Part shown: positions 18,869-28,791 of the stretch, piece by piece
Numbering within the stretch: position 1 is the stretch's first letter
Layout of the letters: each line of letters begins with the position of its first letter
Origin: Gammaproteobacteria bacterium
Lineage (GTDB): Bacteria; Pseudomonadota; Gammaproteobacteria; Eutrophobiales; Eutrophobiaceae
NCBI GenBank assembly: GCA_965116585.1
Contig: OZ220714.1
Span: 1,477,088 to 1,541,087 of the forward strand
Direction: 5' to 3'
Length of the DNA stretch: 64,000 nt
The notes under the pieces: model-generated
What the model was told of the DNA's origin: nothing
The model's database searches: none
The model's input: the letters and a program-made list of their open reading frames with translations, nothing else
Program-made: the position numbers and the translations under genes

Positions 18869-20157
18869 CAGGGGGCGTCCGCGTTTTGCGCCAGCAGTTG
18901 GTCCAGAGCGCGTAACCCTGCTTTGCGTAACCACTCAACCGCATCGGGCTGAGCGGTGTCCAGACCGTTCCATACGGGCTTTTGCCTCTGGTTACGCAGG
19001 CGCCGGGAGGCTCTGCTTACCAGTTCGTCGCGCTGCGGGTGGCCTTCCGGCTCGTCCAGCCACAACAGGCGCTGTGCCAGCAGCCCAGCCGGGGTTGGCT
19101 GCCCGGCAAGTTCCTCAAGGTTTATCTCGGGTCGCGTGGCAAGGCTGACCTTAACGATGAAATAGTTGCGGTTGCCGGAACCGACAGGGATGACCGCTCC
19201 CCTGCTGTTGCTGTCAACCACTTCAGCCAGCGCGGCTGTGCCGAAACGGGTGCGGCCGCACAACGTGAGGCTGACCCCGACGGCATCCGGCGTTGCGGCC
19301 AGTTCATGGGAGCTGGGAAATTCCGTGATCTGACGCTCAAGCTCACGCAATGTGTCCAGCACACGTGTGTTTGCCTGTGCCGGTTCGACTATGCCCTCCA
19401 GGTCAACCTCGACGGTTTCCCAGCGTAGCGGCGCCAGGGGGAGTTGCTCAACACCTTCAATCCGGCCCCCGGTTACGTCGATGAGCCAGGGGCCGTGCAC
19501 GCCGGTTTCACTGCGATCCAGTCCGGTGAGGCTGCCCAGGTAGCCGTGCAACGACTCGGCGGACAGGGCATCCGGTTTGTGGATGTGGCCGAGCAACCAG
19601 CCGTCCAGGCCCGCCTGGCGCAGTTCCTGGCTGCTGACCGGGGCGTAGGGGCTGTCTGTTACATCACGATCACAGTGCAACAAGCCCAGGTGGATGCCGG
19701 TCCCGGTGTCGAAGGTTTGCCCGGCCAGGGGGCTGCTGTGCACCGTCCGGCGGGGGAACGACCAGCCCCAGAGGGTAATCGAATCGGTGTCATCCGCAAC
19801 CTGCCGCGACTCCCATTGACCCTGCGCGCCCAGGAGTTGAAATTCAGGAATTTGTTGTGCCAGTCTTGGCAGGACTTTTACATCGTGGTTACCGGTGACC
19901 CCGATGACCTGGACACCGGCCCCGGTGAGCCGTTTCACACCACGCTCCAGCTCCCGGTAGGCTTCGAAGAAATCGTTTTCCCGTTCGACTACGTCACCGG
20001 CAAGCAGGACGGCCCTGACCCCGGCATCGACAGCGACGTTTACGGCACGCTCCCAGGCGCCACCCGGCCCCAGGCTGCGCGCCTGGCCGGCAAGTTCCTC
20101 AGGCAACCGGGACGGCGTCCACCCCAGGTGCATATCACCGACTGCGAGTATTCTCAT
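18868..20157 (-). CDS. Calcineurin-like metallophosphoesterase, SbcD/Mre11/YhaO-like nuclease
   Basis: Motifs GDMHLG, AGDVVE, GNHD, GHIHKP. Stop overlaps the downstream ATPase start by 1 nt. Confidence 0.85.
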   Translation of the reverse strand: MRILAVGDMHLGWTPSRLPEELAGQARSLGPGGAWERAVNVAVDAGVRAVLLAGDVVERENDFFEAYRELERGVKRLTGAGVQVIGVTGNHDVKVLPRLAQQIPEFQLLGAQGQWESRQVADDTDSITLWGWSFPRRTVHSSPLAGQTFDTGTGIHLGLLHCDRDVTDSPYAPVSSQELRQAGLDGWLLGHIHKPDALSAESLHGYLGSLTGLDRSETGVHGPWLIDVTGGRIEGVEQLPLAPLRWETVEVDLEGIVEPAQANTRVLDTLRELERQITEFPSSHELAATPDAVGVSLTLCGRTRFGTAALAEVVDSNSRGAVIPVGSGNRNYFIVKVSLATRPEINLEELAGQPTPAGLLAQRLLWLDEPEGHPQRDELVSRASRRLRNQRQKPVWNGLDTAQPDAVEWLRKAGLRALDQLLAQNADAP

Positions 20158-20262
20158 GCAGTCAACACGAGGTTAAGATCGAGACAGCAAGTCAGGAAGT
20201 CCATGGCGATTTTTAAGCGACTTGCTCGAAACATTGGCAGGCACACTATTCGCTTCACCCGT

Positions 20263-21480
20263 TCAGCTCCCCTGAAGCGCAGTGATCGGGTCCAGGCGGG
20301 AGGCTTGACGGGCGGGCTGGAAGCCGAAAAACACGCCGACTGCGGAGGCGGTGCCGATACCGCTTACCACGGATATGCCTGAGATGAGGAACTCCCATTC
20401 GGTGAACTGGCAGGCTACCCAGGTCACCAGTAAGCCGAGCACAACGCCAAGCGTTCCCCCCGCCACCGTCAGGATAACGGATTCAATGAGGAACTGGCTT
20501 TGAATGTCCCCCCGGCGTGCGCCCAGCGCGCGCCGGACCGCGATCTCGCGGCGGCGTTCCGCCACGGACACCAGCATGATATTCATGATCCCGATTCCGC
20601 CGACGATGAGGGAGATGCTGCCCACTGCAGCCAACAGCAGGGTCATGATGCGCATTTGCGCTTCCATCCGGGCTATCCATTCCTTGGCGGTGATGATGTC
20701 CAGAAGGAGATCCTGCGACCTGTTCCGCATGAATGAATGAACGTCTTGCACCGCCTGCTCGTAATGGACGCCGGCGCTTGACCTGGCAACGATCACGTCG
20801 ATCTCCGGGTTGTCGTCGAGGCGCTGCGAGGTCGTGATCGGTATGAAGACAGAATTATTTGCCTCCACCCGGATGGGCAAGGTGTAACTTTCTTGTTTGT
20901 CATTCAGTACACCCAGGACCGTGAAGAGTTCCTCGTCAATCTCCAGGATCTGTCCCACAAGCTGTTGTACCCCGACCTGGCGCATTGCCTCGGCAATGCT
21001 GGCGCCAACGACACAGTAGTGGCGGTTGGCATCCAGGTTCGAGATGAACCGGCCGGATGCCATGGACAAACGGTTCACACTGAAGTATGACGCGGTGACT
21101 CCCTGGATGGTTCCCTCGCCGACAGTCTTGCCGGCGTAACGGAAGTCCCCATAGCTCGCGATCCTGGGCGCAGCCTCGGCAATCGAAGGAAGCGCCGGCG
21201 CCAATGCTGTGGCATCTGCCAGGTCAATTTCCGCCTCCTCCTGCTCGGGGGTCGAGGTCTCGTACGACTTGCGAATGATCAGGATGTCGGTGCCGATAGC
21301 TTCGAATTCCTTGCGCGCCTGCTCTCTGGCTATCTCGCCCAACGAGACCATGGTAATAACCGATGAGATACCGATCATGATGCCAAGCAGCCCCAGCAGT
21401 GTGCGCAGCCTTGCCTTGCGCAGGCTGTTAACCGCCTCGCGGGCATTTGCCTGCAGGATTGCAAGAGATCTAGCCCGCAT
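20263..21480 (-). CDS. ABC exporter permease, FtsX/MacB-like (DevC-like) with an N-terminal periplasmic core domain
   Basis: Likely start MRARSLAIL. FtsX-type C-terminal four-helix bundle. The ORF track extends upstream into the ATPase gene. Confidence 0.85.
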   Translation of the reverse strand: MRARSLAILQANAREAVNSLRKARLRTLLGLLGIMIGISSVITMVSLGEIAREQARKEFEAIGTDILIIRKSYETSTPEQEEAEIDLADATALAPALPSIAEAAPRIASYGDFRYAGKTVGEGTIQGVTASYFSVNRLSMASGRFISNLDANRHYCVVGASIAEAMRQVGVQQLVGQILEIDEELFTVLGVLNDKQESYTLPIRVEANNSVFIPITTSQRLDDNPEIDVIVARSSAGVHYEQAVQDVHSFMRNRSQDLLLDIITAKEWIARMEAQMRIMTLLLAAVGSISLIVGGIGIMNIMLVSVAERRREIAVRRALGARRGDIQSQFLIESVILTVAGGTLGVVLGLLVTWVACQFTEWEFLISGISVVSGIGTASAVGVFFGFQPARQASRLDPITALQGS

Positions 21481-22240
21481 ACCCTGCCTGGGCGCCTGCA
21501 AGCGGTTGCCGCGTGGCAGCAACCCCCCGGGCAGACGTTCCCTTCTCCTGCAACAAGCCGTTATTGATGCGCAGTTGGCGCGTGCATTGCCGCGCCACCA
21601 GTGGGTCATGGGTGATGATCAGGATCGTCACCCCCTGCTCCGAGTTCAATTCCAGGAGCAGGGTCATGACCTCGGTCGCGGTGTCGCTATCCAGGGCACC
21701 GGTGGGTTCATCCGCAAGCAACAGCGCCGGCTTTCCCGCCAGTGCCCGGGCAATGGCAACTCGCTGCTTCTGTCCGCCGGAGAGCTGGTCGGGTCGATGC
21801 CCGGCCCAGTCATCCATGCCCACGCGCGCCAGCAGGGTCTGCGCCCGCTGCCTCATCTCCGCCTGCCCCATGCCCCGGTACACCAGCGGCAGGCAAACAT
21901 TTTCGATGGCCGTCAACTGCGGCAACAACTGGAAGGACTGGAACACAAACCCGATGTGCTCATTACGCAGCGAGGACAGCTCGTCATCCGTCAACCCGGA
22001 GATCGCGCGCCCGTTGAGGTAGCAGTCGCCGGTGCCCGGACGGTCGAGCAGGCCAATGATGTTCATCAACGTGGTCTTGCCACTACCCGAGGGCCCCATG
22101 ATCGAGAGCAGGTCACCCGTGTTGACCTCCAGGTGGATGCCTTGCAGGACCTCCCTGGTAGCCGGCCCGATGCGGTAGGACTTGCGCACGTCAACCAGAC
22201 GCAACATTTTATCTGGCGCGTTCATGACGGTAGCCGGCAA
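21470..22240 (-). CDS. ABC transporter ATP-binding protein (DevA/LolD/MacB-ATPase type)
   Basis: Walker A GPSGSGKTT, signature LSGGQKQRVAIARAL, Walker B LLLADEPT. Confidence 0.9.
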   Translation of the reverse strand: MPATVMNAPDKMLRLVDVRKSYRIGPATREVLQGIHLEVNTGDLLSIMGPSGSGKTTLMNIIGLLDRPGTGDCYLNGRAISGLTDDELSSLRNEHIGFVFQSFQLLPQLTAIENVCLPLVYRGMGQAEMRQRAQTLLARVGMDDWAGHRPDQLSGGQKQRVAIARALAGKPALLLADEPTGALDSDTATEVMTLLLELNSEQGVTILIITHDPLVARQCTRQLRINNGLLQEKGTSARGVAATRQPLAGAQAGYAG

Positions 22241-22256
22241 TAGCAGAGGTTGCCAT

Positions 22257-24050
22257 TCATCTTTCCGGGAGGACGATTTCTTCCCCGACCGCGAGTCCAG
22301 CCGTCACTTCGACCGAATCCAGTGTCGTGAAGCCTACTTCGACCGCGCGTTGTTCCAGCGCGGCAGTGTTCGGGTCGAGCACACGCACCCAGGTTTCAGC
22401 GCCGGACTCCTGCACCGCGCCGATCGGGATCAGCAACGCCTCCGGATCGCTGTGTACGATGATCGTGACGTAGGCCGACATGCCGACCCGTAACTGTTCA
22501 CGCGCGTCCGCATCCAACCTGTCCAGGGCAATCACGATATCGAACTCAGGCGTGCCCCGCTGCCTCCTGCCGCCAAGTACGCGCGACGAGACCCGGGTAA
22601 CGGTTCCACCGATTTCCAGGCCCGGAAACCCGGGGCCGGTAATCAAGGCGCGCTGACCGGGCTCGATCTTCCTGACATCCACCTCATCGACACTGGAGGC
22701 TACCGAAATCTGCTCGAAATCGGCGATGCTCAGCAGCAACTCACCCTGGGCCACCGGACGACCTTTGGCCAGGGGCTTGTCCGCAATGCCCGCATCGGCG
22801 ACAACGAGCCCTGCAATCGGGGCCTCGAGCTCAAGTTGATTCAGTTTCTGCTCATGCTGTTCCACCTGGCTTTGCGCATTCTCCACTTGCAGGCGCGCGA
22901 CCCGTCTTGCCTCAGCATCTCCTTTTTCTCTGGTCGATTCCAAATCCCGCTCGGCTTGTTCAAAATCCAGCTTGCGCTCCAGGTGTTGTTGCTGCGCAGA
23001 TTCGTGCTCGGAGGTAGGGACTATCCCCTCTTCCAGTAGAAAAGCAGTACGCTGGAGCCTCAGCTCGGAATCTTCGAGCGCTATTTTTGCCCGTCGCAAC
23101 AGGCGCCGGGCACCCGCCATTTCGTCGCTGTTTTCCCAGTCTTCAAGCTCGAGCAGCCTGTCACGCGCCTGGATATACTCGACCTGGACCCGACGGTAAT
23201 CCATCAGTAGCTGGCCGGGCTCAAGTTCGAGCAGCGCGTCGCCGGCGCCCACTCTCTCGCCATGGGCAACGTGGACCTCACTCACATGGCTGTCGACCGA
23301 GCTGACGACTTTTACGACGTGTCCCGGTGTCAGGTTGCCGCGCACCGCGAGGGTCGAGCGGAACTCCCGGGGTGCAACGGTTATGGTCTGCAAGGCCTCC
23401 GGGTCAGTGGCCTGCTCGGCGGCCTGGCCGTCTGCCAACAGCGCCGGCGCCGGGTCGGAATTGATGACGTCCAGCGGCTGAATGTACCAACCACCAATGG
23501 CGAGAAACAGTCCGGCCACCAATAACGCCGCGACACCACGCGTTGCCTGGACCTTCTTCATCATCACGGACAGCGTCTCGTTGCGGGACTCAATATCCCG
23601 ATAGGCGTTCTGGAGCTCACTGAGCTGGTTCTCGACGACTTTCGCCATGCGCAGTTCGGTCTCGCGCAGTTCCTTGATCTCGGAGATGTCGGAAACCACG
23701 GCAATCATTGCTACCTGCCCGGTCTGTTTTGTCCCGGATGCCAGCAGGTACGAGGTCGTGACGGACAACGAGCGGACTGCGTCACCGATATGCACACTCG
23801 CGATGCGGCGCTTGATCTCGCCCCGCTCGGTAATGGCATCCAGGATAATCTCGACGAACTCGTCAAAGCCCTCAAATGCCACAAATATTTCTGCAAAGGG
23901 GCGACCGGTTACCGCCTCGGCCTCGAGTCCGAAGATTTGGCAAAAGGCAGGATTGGTGAGACGCACGGCCCCATCGGTATCAACTGCCATCACACCGTCG
24001 GACAGGTTCTCCAGCAAAGTCCGGTAAATGTCTTGAGGGTCGTTTGCCAT
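22257..24050 (-). CDS. Membrane-fusion (HlyD/DevB-type) periplasmic adaptor with an N-terminal cytoplasmic PAS domain
   Basis: N-terminal ~130 aa PAS-like (LLENLSDGVMAVDTDGAVRLTNPAFCQIFGLEAEAVTGRPF). One transmembrane helix (GVAALLVAGLFLAIGGWYIQ). Coiled coil, then HlyD-type beta domains. ATG at 24048-24050 overlaps the TolC stop (TAATG) and has a GGAGA RBS. Confidence 0.8.
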   Translation of the reverse strand: MANDPQDIYRTLLENLSDGVMAVDTDGAVRLTNPAFCQIFGLEAEAVTGRPFAEIFVAFEGFDEFVEIILDAITERGEIKRRIASVHIGDAVRSLSVTTSYLLASGTKQTGQVAMIAVVSDISEIKELRETELRMAKVVENQLSELQNAYRDIESRNETLSVMMKKVQATRGVAALLVAGLFLAIGGWYIQPLDVINSDPAPALLADGQAAEQATDPEALQTITVAPREFRSTLAVRGNLTPGHVVKVVSSVDSHVSEVHVAHGERVGAGDALLELEPGQLLMDYRRVQVEYIQARDRLLELEDWENSDEMAGARRLLRRAKIALEDSELRLQRTAFLLEEGIVPTSEHESAQQQHLERKLDFEQAERDLESTREKGDAEARRVARLQVENAQSQVEQHEQKLNQLELEAPIAGLVVADAGIADKPLAKGRPVAQGELLLSIADFEQISVASSVDEVDVRKIEPGQRALITGPGFPGLEIGGTVTRVSSRVLGGRRQRGTPEFDIVIALDRLDADAREQLRVGMSAYVTIIVHSDPEALLIPIGAVQESGAETWVRVLDPNTAALEQRAVEVGFTTLDSVEVTAGLAVGEEIVLPER

Positions 24051-25447
24051 TACGGGAGAGTCTCCACTTGAATGCCCCAACTGTCCAGGGTGCGGCCTGA
24101 GATATAGTCAAGCCGCGTCAGCACGTCGAGATAGCTGAGGATCGCATCCACCTCGGCCACTTCGGCCTGTACGAGTTCGTCCTCGGACGACGATACCTCG
24201 AAGGATGATGACAGGCCATAACCGAATTTCTCGCGTTCAATGTCCAGGTTCTCTTCTGCCAGCAGGCGCGCGTCGCGGGCCAGTTCCGTCAACCGATGCC
24301 CTACCTTGACGTCGTTGACAGCCTGACGTACGGACACGTCGATCGACTCGCGCAGCTCAAGCTGGGCTCTCTCGGCTTTGAGCAGGTCGTTACGCGCCCT
24401 GAGACGGTCCACGTCGCGAAAACGGTCATTGAAAGGGATGGAAATGTCCAGCCGCACTTGCGCGTCCTTGCGTCCCGGGTCGTTATCGCTCAACTCAACC
24501 CCCAGGGACAGGTCCGGCAACCGGTTGTTTTTGGCAACCGCCAGGTTGATGCGGGCAATGTCGATCAGCGCTCCGGATTGAAGGTAATCGGCGCGCTTGC
24601 GCAACGCTTCTGCGAATACCGCTTCGAAGGTGGCCCGGTTCGACTCAACGTTCAATCTTTCCAACGGATGGATACGCACCGTACTGCCCAGTTCGAGGAT
24701 GTCAAGCAAACGGAAGTTTGCGGCGTCCAGGCGGTTGCGCGCCTGGGTCAGCGCCAGCTCTCGGGTGGCGATGGTTACCTCGGCGCGCACCGCTTCCCGC
24801 TCTGCCACGCGCCCGGCGCGTATCAGGGCGCGGGTTGCTTGCAACTGCTCACGCGCGCGCTGCAATGCGGTCTCGGAAATCTCCACTTGCCGCACCGCGC
24901 CGATAAGCGTGCGGTATGCGCTGATGACCGCAACGACCAGATCTTCCACCGTCTGCCGAAACGAGAGCACGTTAAGCCTTTCACCCAGCCGGGCCTGCCG
25001 GATCGGGGCAGTCTCTATGTCAATCCAGGCGCCTTTCAACAGCGGCTGGGAAAAACTCAGGGACTGCGAGCGGGAATCCTCGAACTCGCTGGACAGTCTT
25101 TCATCCCAGCGCAGGGCGAACTGGCCGCCGGTGGGCACGCGCATGCTGACCTGGCTGCTGACTCCCGTCTCGCGATCCTGCCGGTCCTTGCTGACGAAGG
25201 GGCGGAGGGTGGCTCGAGGCGTCCAACGGTCTTCAACCACTTCCAGGGAAAATTTTTGCACCTCGCGATCCAGGCGCCGGTTAAGCAGCGGCCGGTTCTG
25301 CTCCAGCGCGAGATCGATCGCCCGCTCCAGGGTCAGGTCGAGCGGTGCGGTGTCCGCGCTCAGGGACAGCGGGACCAGCAGGAAGGCTACGGCCCAGACA
25401 TATTGCAGCAAAATTCGCACAGGGTTTCTGATCGGACGTTGCCTCAT
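24050..25447 (-). CDS. TolC-family outer-membrane efflux channel
   Basis: Signal peptide. Two-repeat OEP architecture. Typical TolC N-terminus LERAIDLALEQN. Confidence 0.85.
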   Translation of the reverse strand: MRQRPIRNPVRILLQYVWAVAFLLVPLSLSADTAPLDLTLERAIDLALEQNRPLLNRRLDREVQKFSLEVVEDRWTPRATLRPFVSKDRQDRETGVSSQVSMRVPTGGQFALRWDERLSSEFEDSRSQSLSFSQPLLKGAWIDIETAPIRQARLGERLNVLSFRQTVEDLVVAVISAYRTLIGAVRQVEISETALQRAREQLQATRALIRAGRVAEREAVRAEVTIATRELALTQARNRLDAANFRLLDILELGSTVRIHPLERLNVESNRATFEAVFAEALRKRADYLQSGALIDIARINLAVAKNNRLPDLSLGVELSDNDPGRKDAQVRLDISIPFNDRFRDVDRLRARNDLLKAERAQLELRESIDVSVRQAVNDVKVGHRLTELARDARLLAEENLDIEREKFGYGLSSSFEVSSSEDELVQAEVAEVDAILSYLDVLTRLDYISGRTLDSWGIQVETLP

Positions 25448-25459
25448 AGCAAACAGCCA

Positions 25460-26665
25460 CTACATACGTTCAAGCACCACGCCAATCCCCTGCCCGATAC
25501 CGATACACATGCTGACCAGCGCGTAGCGGCCGGCGCTGCGTTCCAGTTGCCGTAATGCCGTGAGGATGAGGCGCGCGCCGGAGGCGCCCAGCGGGTGGCC
25601 GATGCTGATGGCGCCGCCGTTCGGGTTCACCCGTTCATCGTGGAAATCGATCTGCAGTTGTTTCAGGCAGCCGAGCACCTGGCTGGCGAAGGCCTCGTTG
25701 ATTTCGATCACGTCCATATCCGCCAGTGACAGGCCCGCCCGTTGCAAGGCTTTCTGTACCGCCGGCACCGGACCGATGCCCATTACCCGGGGTTCAACAC
25801 CGGCGATGGCGCCGGTGAGGATGCGCGCGCGCGGGGTCAGACCCAGTTTTTTGCCGATGTCCTCGTTGCCGAGCAACAGCGCCGCGGCGCCGTCGTTAAT
25901 GCCGGAGGCGTTGCCGGCGGTGACCACGCCATCCTCAAACAAGGCGGGCAAGGCAGCCAGTTTCTCCAGCGTGGTGCCGGGCCTGGGGTGTTCATCAGCC
26001 GTTACTTTGGTCGGGGGGTCTTTGCGCCGGCGCGCCGGGATTTCCATTTCCAGCAATTCCTCGTCAAAAAACCCGGCAGTTCTCGCCGCTTCATATTTGT
26101 GCTGGGAGGCGCACGCAAACGCATCGCTGTCTTCCCGGCTGACGGCAAAGTCCCGGGCCAGGTTGTCCGCGGTCTGCGGCATGGTGTCGTCGCCGTATTG
26201 CTGCAGGAGCGCCTTGTTGGGGAAGCGCCAGCCGAGCACTGTGTCGTACATCTTCTGGTTGCGGTCGAAGCCGGTTTCCGCCTTGCTCAGCACCCAGGGC
26301 GCGCGGCTCATGTTCTCCACGCCGCCGGCGATGAATAACTGCCCCTGGGAACAGGCGATGGCCCGGGCCGCATCCAGGGTCGCGGCCGCACCGCTGCCGC
26401 ACAGGCGGTTCACGGTCACGCCGCCGACCGACGTGTGCATGCCGGCCAGCAAAGCGGCGTTGCGGGCCACGTTGCGGCAGTCCTCGCCGGCCTGGTTGGT
26501 ATTGCCGAGGACCACGTCTTCGATCAGGCTGCTCTCGATGCCGTTGCGCGCCAGCAGGGCTTTGATGACGCGTGCAGCCAGGTCATCCGGGCGCAGCGCC
26601 GAGAGCCCGCCGCCGTAACGCCCGAAGGGGGAACGGATGCCGTCATAGATGATTGCCTGGTTCAT
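25460..26665 (-). CDS. Acetyl-CoA C-acyltransferase / 3-oxoadipyl-CoA thiolase (PcaF/PaaJ-like)
   Basis: Thiolase motifs NRLCGSG, C-terminal catalytic Cys (MCIGIGQG), GHP. Confidence 0.9.
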   Translation of the reverse strand: MNQAIIYDGIRSPFGRYGGGLSALRPDDLAARVIKALLARNGIESSLIEDVVLGNTNQAGEDCRNVARNAALLAGMHTSVGGVTVNRLCGSGAAATLDAARAIACSQGQLFIAGGVENMSRAPWVLSKAETGFDRNQKMYDTVLGWRFPNKALLQQYGDDTMPQTADNLARDFAVSREDSDAFACASQHKYEAARTAGFFDEELLEMEIPARRRKDPPTKVTADEHPRPGTTLEKLAALPALFEDGVVTAGNASGINDGAAALLLGNEDIGKKLGLTPRARILTGAIAGVEPRVMGIGPVPAVQKALQRAGLSLADMDVIEINEAFASQVLGCLKQLQIDFHDERVNPNGGAISIGHPLGASGARLILTALRQLERSAGRYALVSMCIGIGQGIGVVLERM

Positions 26666-26671
26666 CTTGCC

Positions 26672-27679
26672 TCAACCATTCTGCAGGACAACCTTGCCCA
26701 TCTGACCGAATGATTCCAGTAATTTGTGCGCGGCGACGGCCTCGCTCATGGGGAATACCCGGTCCACCACCGGCTCAATCTTCCTCTCGCCGACAAAATC
26801 CAGCATTGCCTTGAACTCGGCATTGGAACCCATCATCGTCCCCTGGATACGCGTCTGGTTGAAAAACAGTCTCGGAATTTCCAGCCCTGTGGAGGGGACG
26901 CCCAGGGTGGCGCCGAAGAAAACGAAACGTCCGGCAGGTCTCAACGTGCTCAGCAGGTTATTTACGTCGTCCCCGCCGGCGCTGTCGATGATGGCGTTAA
27001 ATCCACCTGCCTGCTTTCTCAGGGTTTTATGATAGTCCTCCTGCCGGTAGCTGATGCCGCCGACGGCGCCGATAGCCTTGGCCTTTTCAATTTTTTCCTC
27101 TGAACCGCTGGTGACGTATACCTCGGCGCCCAATGCGCTTGCCCACTGGATGGCAAAGGTGGAAACGCCGCTGCCGGCGCCGGTGACCAGTACGGTCTGT
27201 CCGGCCTGCACTTCGGCCTGGGTCACGACCGCGCGCCAGGCGGTCAGGCCGGCCAGCGGGACCGCAGCCGCCTGTTCCCAGCTCAAGTGGGCGGGTCTGT
27301 CGTACACGTCTGTTGCCGGGCAGCAGATATATTCAGCGAAGGTGCCCTGGTCCGGCATCCCCAGCACCCGAAAATCGGGCCCGGATACGGCCTCGCTGTC
27401 TCCCCAGTCCCGCGCCGGATAGACCACCACTTCTCTGCCGCTCATGCCAGCGTCGACTCCTGCACCGACGGCATCGATTGTCCCGGCCCCGTCCGACCCG
27501 GCGATACAGGGCAGGCTGGTACGCGGGTACCTGCCGATGGTGATCCAGTAATCGCGCCGGTTCAAGGCGGAATTTTTCAGTCTTACCCGTACCTCACCCG
27601 GCCCAGGCTCAGGCGTATCCACCTCCTTGATCTCCAGGTTATCCGGCCCACCGAGTTCTTCTAATACCACTGCTTTCAT
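26672..27679 (-). CDS. Zinc-type alcohol dehydrogenase / MDR-family oxidoreductase
   Basis: MDR fold. GAGSGVSTFAIQ nucleotide-binding motif. Confidence 0.85.
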   Translation of the reverse strand: MKAVVLEELGGPDNLEIKEVDTPEPGPGEVRVRLKNSALNRRDYWITIGRYPRTSLPCIAGSDGAGTIDAVGAGVDAGMSGREVVVYPARDWGDSEAVSGPDFRVLGMPDQGTFAEYICCPATDVYDRPAHLSWEQAAAVPLAGLTAWRAVVTQAEVQAGQTVLVTGAGSGVSTFAIQWASALGAEVYVTSGSEEKIEKAKAIGAVGGISYRQEDYHKTLRKQAGGFNAIIDSAGGDDVNNLLSTLRPAGRFVFFGATLGVPSTGLEIPRLFFNQTRIQGTMMGSNAEFKAMLDFVGERKIEPVVDRVFPMSEAVAAHKLLESFGQMGKVVLQNG

Positions 27680-27876
27680 ATCGTACTCCTGAAAAAATCT
27701 ATGTATGGTTTGAGGATACTATTCTAACGTGTTAGGAGGGGGTTTTGTAACTGTCACTCGAATTTCATTCAGCGTAACCCGATAACCATCAGGGCGACAC
27801 TAAAGAGTAATCGATTTTCACATTAGAGGACATAAATAATCAAAATTCACATAGAATAAGCATGGAGGTAACGAAA

Positions 27877-28791
27877 ATGAGCTATCAGGTTATCCGAAAC
27901 AAGCTTAATAACAAGCAAATTGTCCTGCTGGACGGAGGCACCGGTTCGGAGATTGGGCGCTTGGGCGTTGAGATGAACGACCTGGCCTGGTGTGGTATCG
28001 CCCACATGAAGCAGCCGGAGGTGGTGCGTCAAGTCCATGAAAGCTATATTCACGCCGGGGCCGATATTATTATCGCCAATACGTTCGGCACGGCTCCGCA
28101 TATAATCAAACGCCTGGGACTGGACGATCAGGTTGCGGAAATTAACCAGTCTGCAGTCAGGCTGGCGCTGGCGGCGCGGGATAACTGCCGCAGGGACGTA
28201 TGCGTTGCCGTTTCCATATCCTCCATGCCGGCGTTTGATGAATTCTCCATTCCCATCAACGATGAAGTCAGGACAGGGTTTCTCAGGCAGGCCGAGTTGC
28301 TGGCGGAAGCCGGGGCGGAACTGATTATCGCCGAGATGATGCGTGACCTGGACATTTCCGACATGGTCATCGCGGCCGCCCGGGCAACCGGCTTACCTGT
28401 GTGGACAGGTTTCAGCGCCAGCAAGGACAACACGGGTTCACTCATCAGCTACGAGTCGCCAGTGCGCAACGATGTGTTGATGCCTTTCAGGCAGCTTGCG
28501 CAAGCCGTACTGGAAATGGGCTGTGACGCGGCCGGTGTGATGCATTCCAGCGTGCATGATACCGGTCCGGCATTGACGGAATTGAGTGAATTATGGGACG
28601 GACCCACGTTCGCCTACGCAGAAAGCGGGCACTTTGTCCCACCAAACTGGAAGTTCGAAGACATCATTTCGCCACAGGATTATCTGCGCTATTCAAAACA
28701 ATGGCTCAGCCAGGGCACACAGATCATCGGCGGCTGCTGCGGCATCGGCCCGGAGCATATCAGGGAGTTGCAAAACAACCTGGGGGTTTGA
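27877..28791 (+). CDS. Homocysteine S-methyltransferase family protein (MmuM-like)
   Basis: LLDGGTGSEIG N-terminus. C-terminal GGCCGIGPEHI zinc-site motif. GGAGG RBS before the ATG at 27877. Confidence 0.85.
   Translation: MSYQVIRNKLNNKQIVLLDGGTGSEIGRLGVEMNDLAWCGIAHMKQPEVVRQVHESYIHAGADIIIANTFGTAPHIIKRLGLDDQVAEINQSAVRLALAARDNCRRDVCVAVSISSMPAFDEFSIPINDEVRTGFLRQAELLAEAGAELIIAEMMRDLDISDMVIAAARATGLPVWTGFSASKDNTGSLISYESPVRNDVLMPFRQLAQAVLEMGCDAAGVMHSSVHDTGPALTELSELWDGPTFAYAESGHFVPPNWKFEDIISPQDYLRYSKQWLSQGTQIIGGCCGIGPEHIRELQNNLGV

Noticed and set aside
24296-25555. 419-aa and 309-aa plus-strand ORFs over the TolC gene
   Set aside because: Antisense to a well-supported TolC-family gene. Low-complexity Arg/Ser-rich translation.
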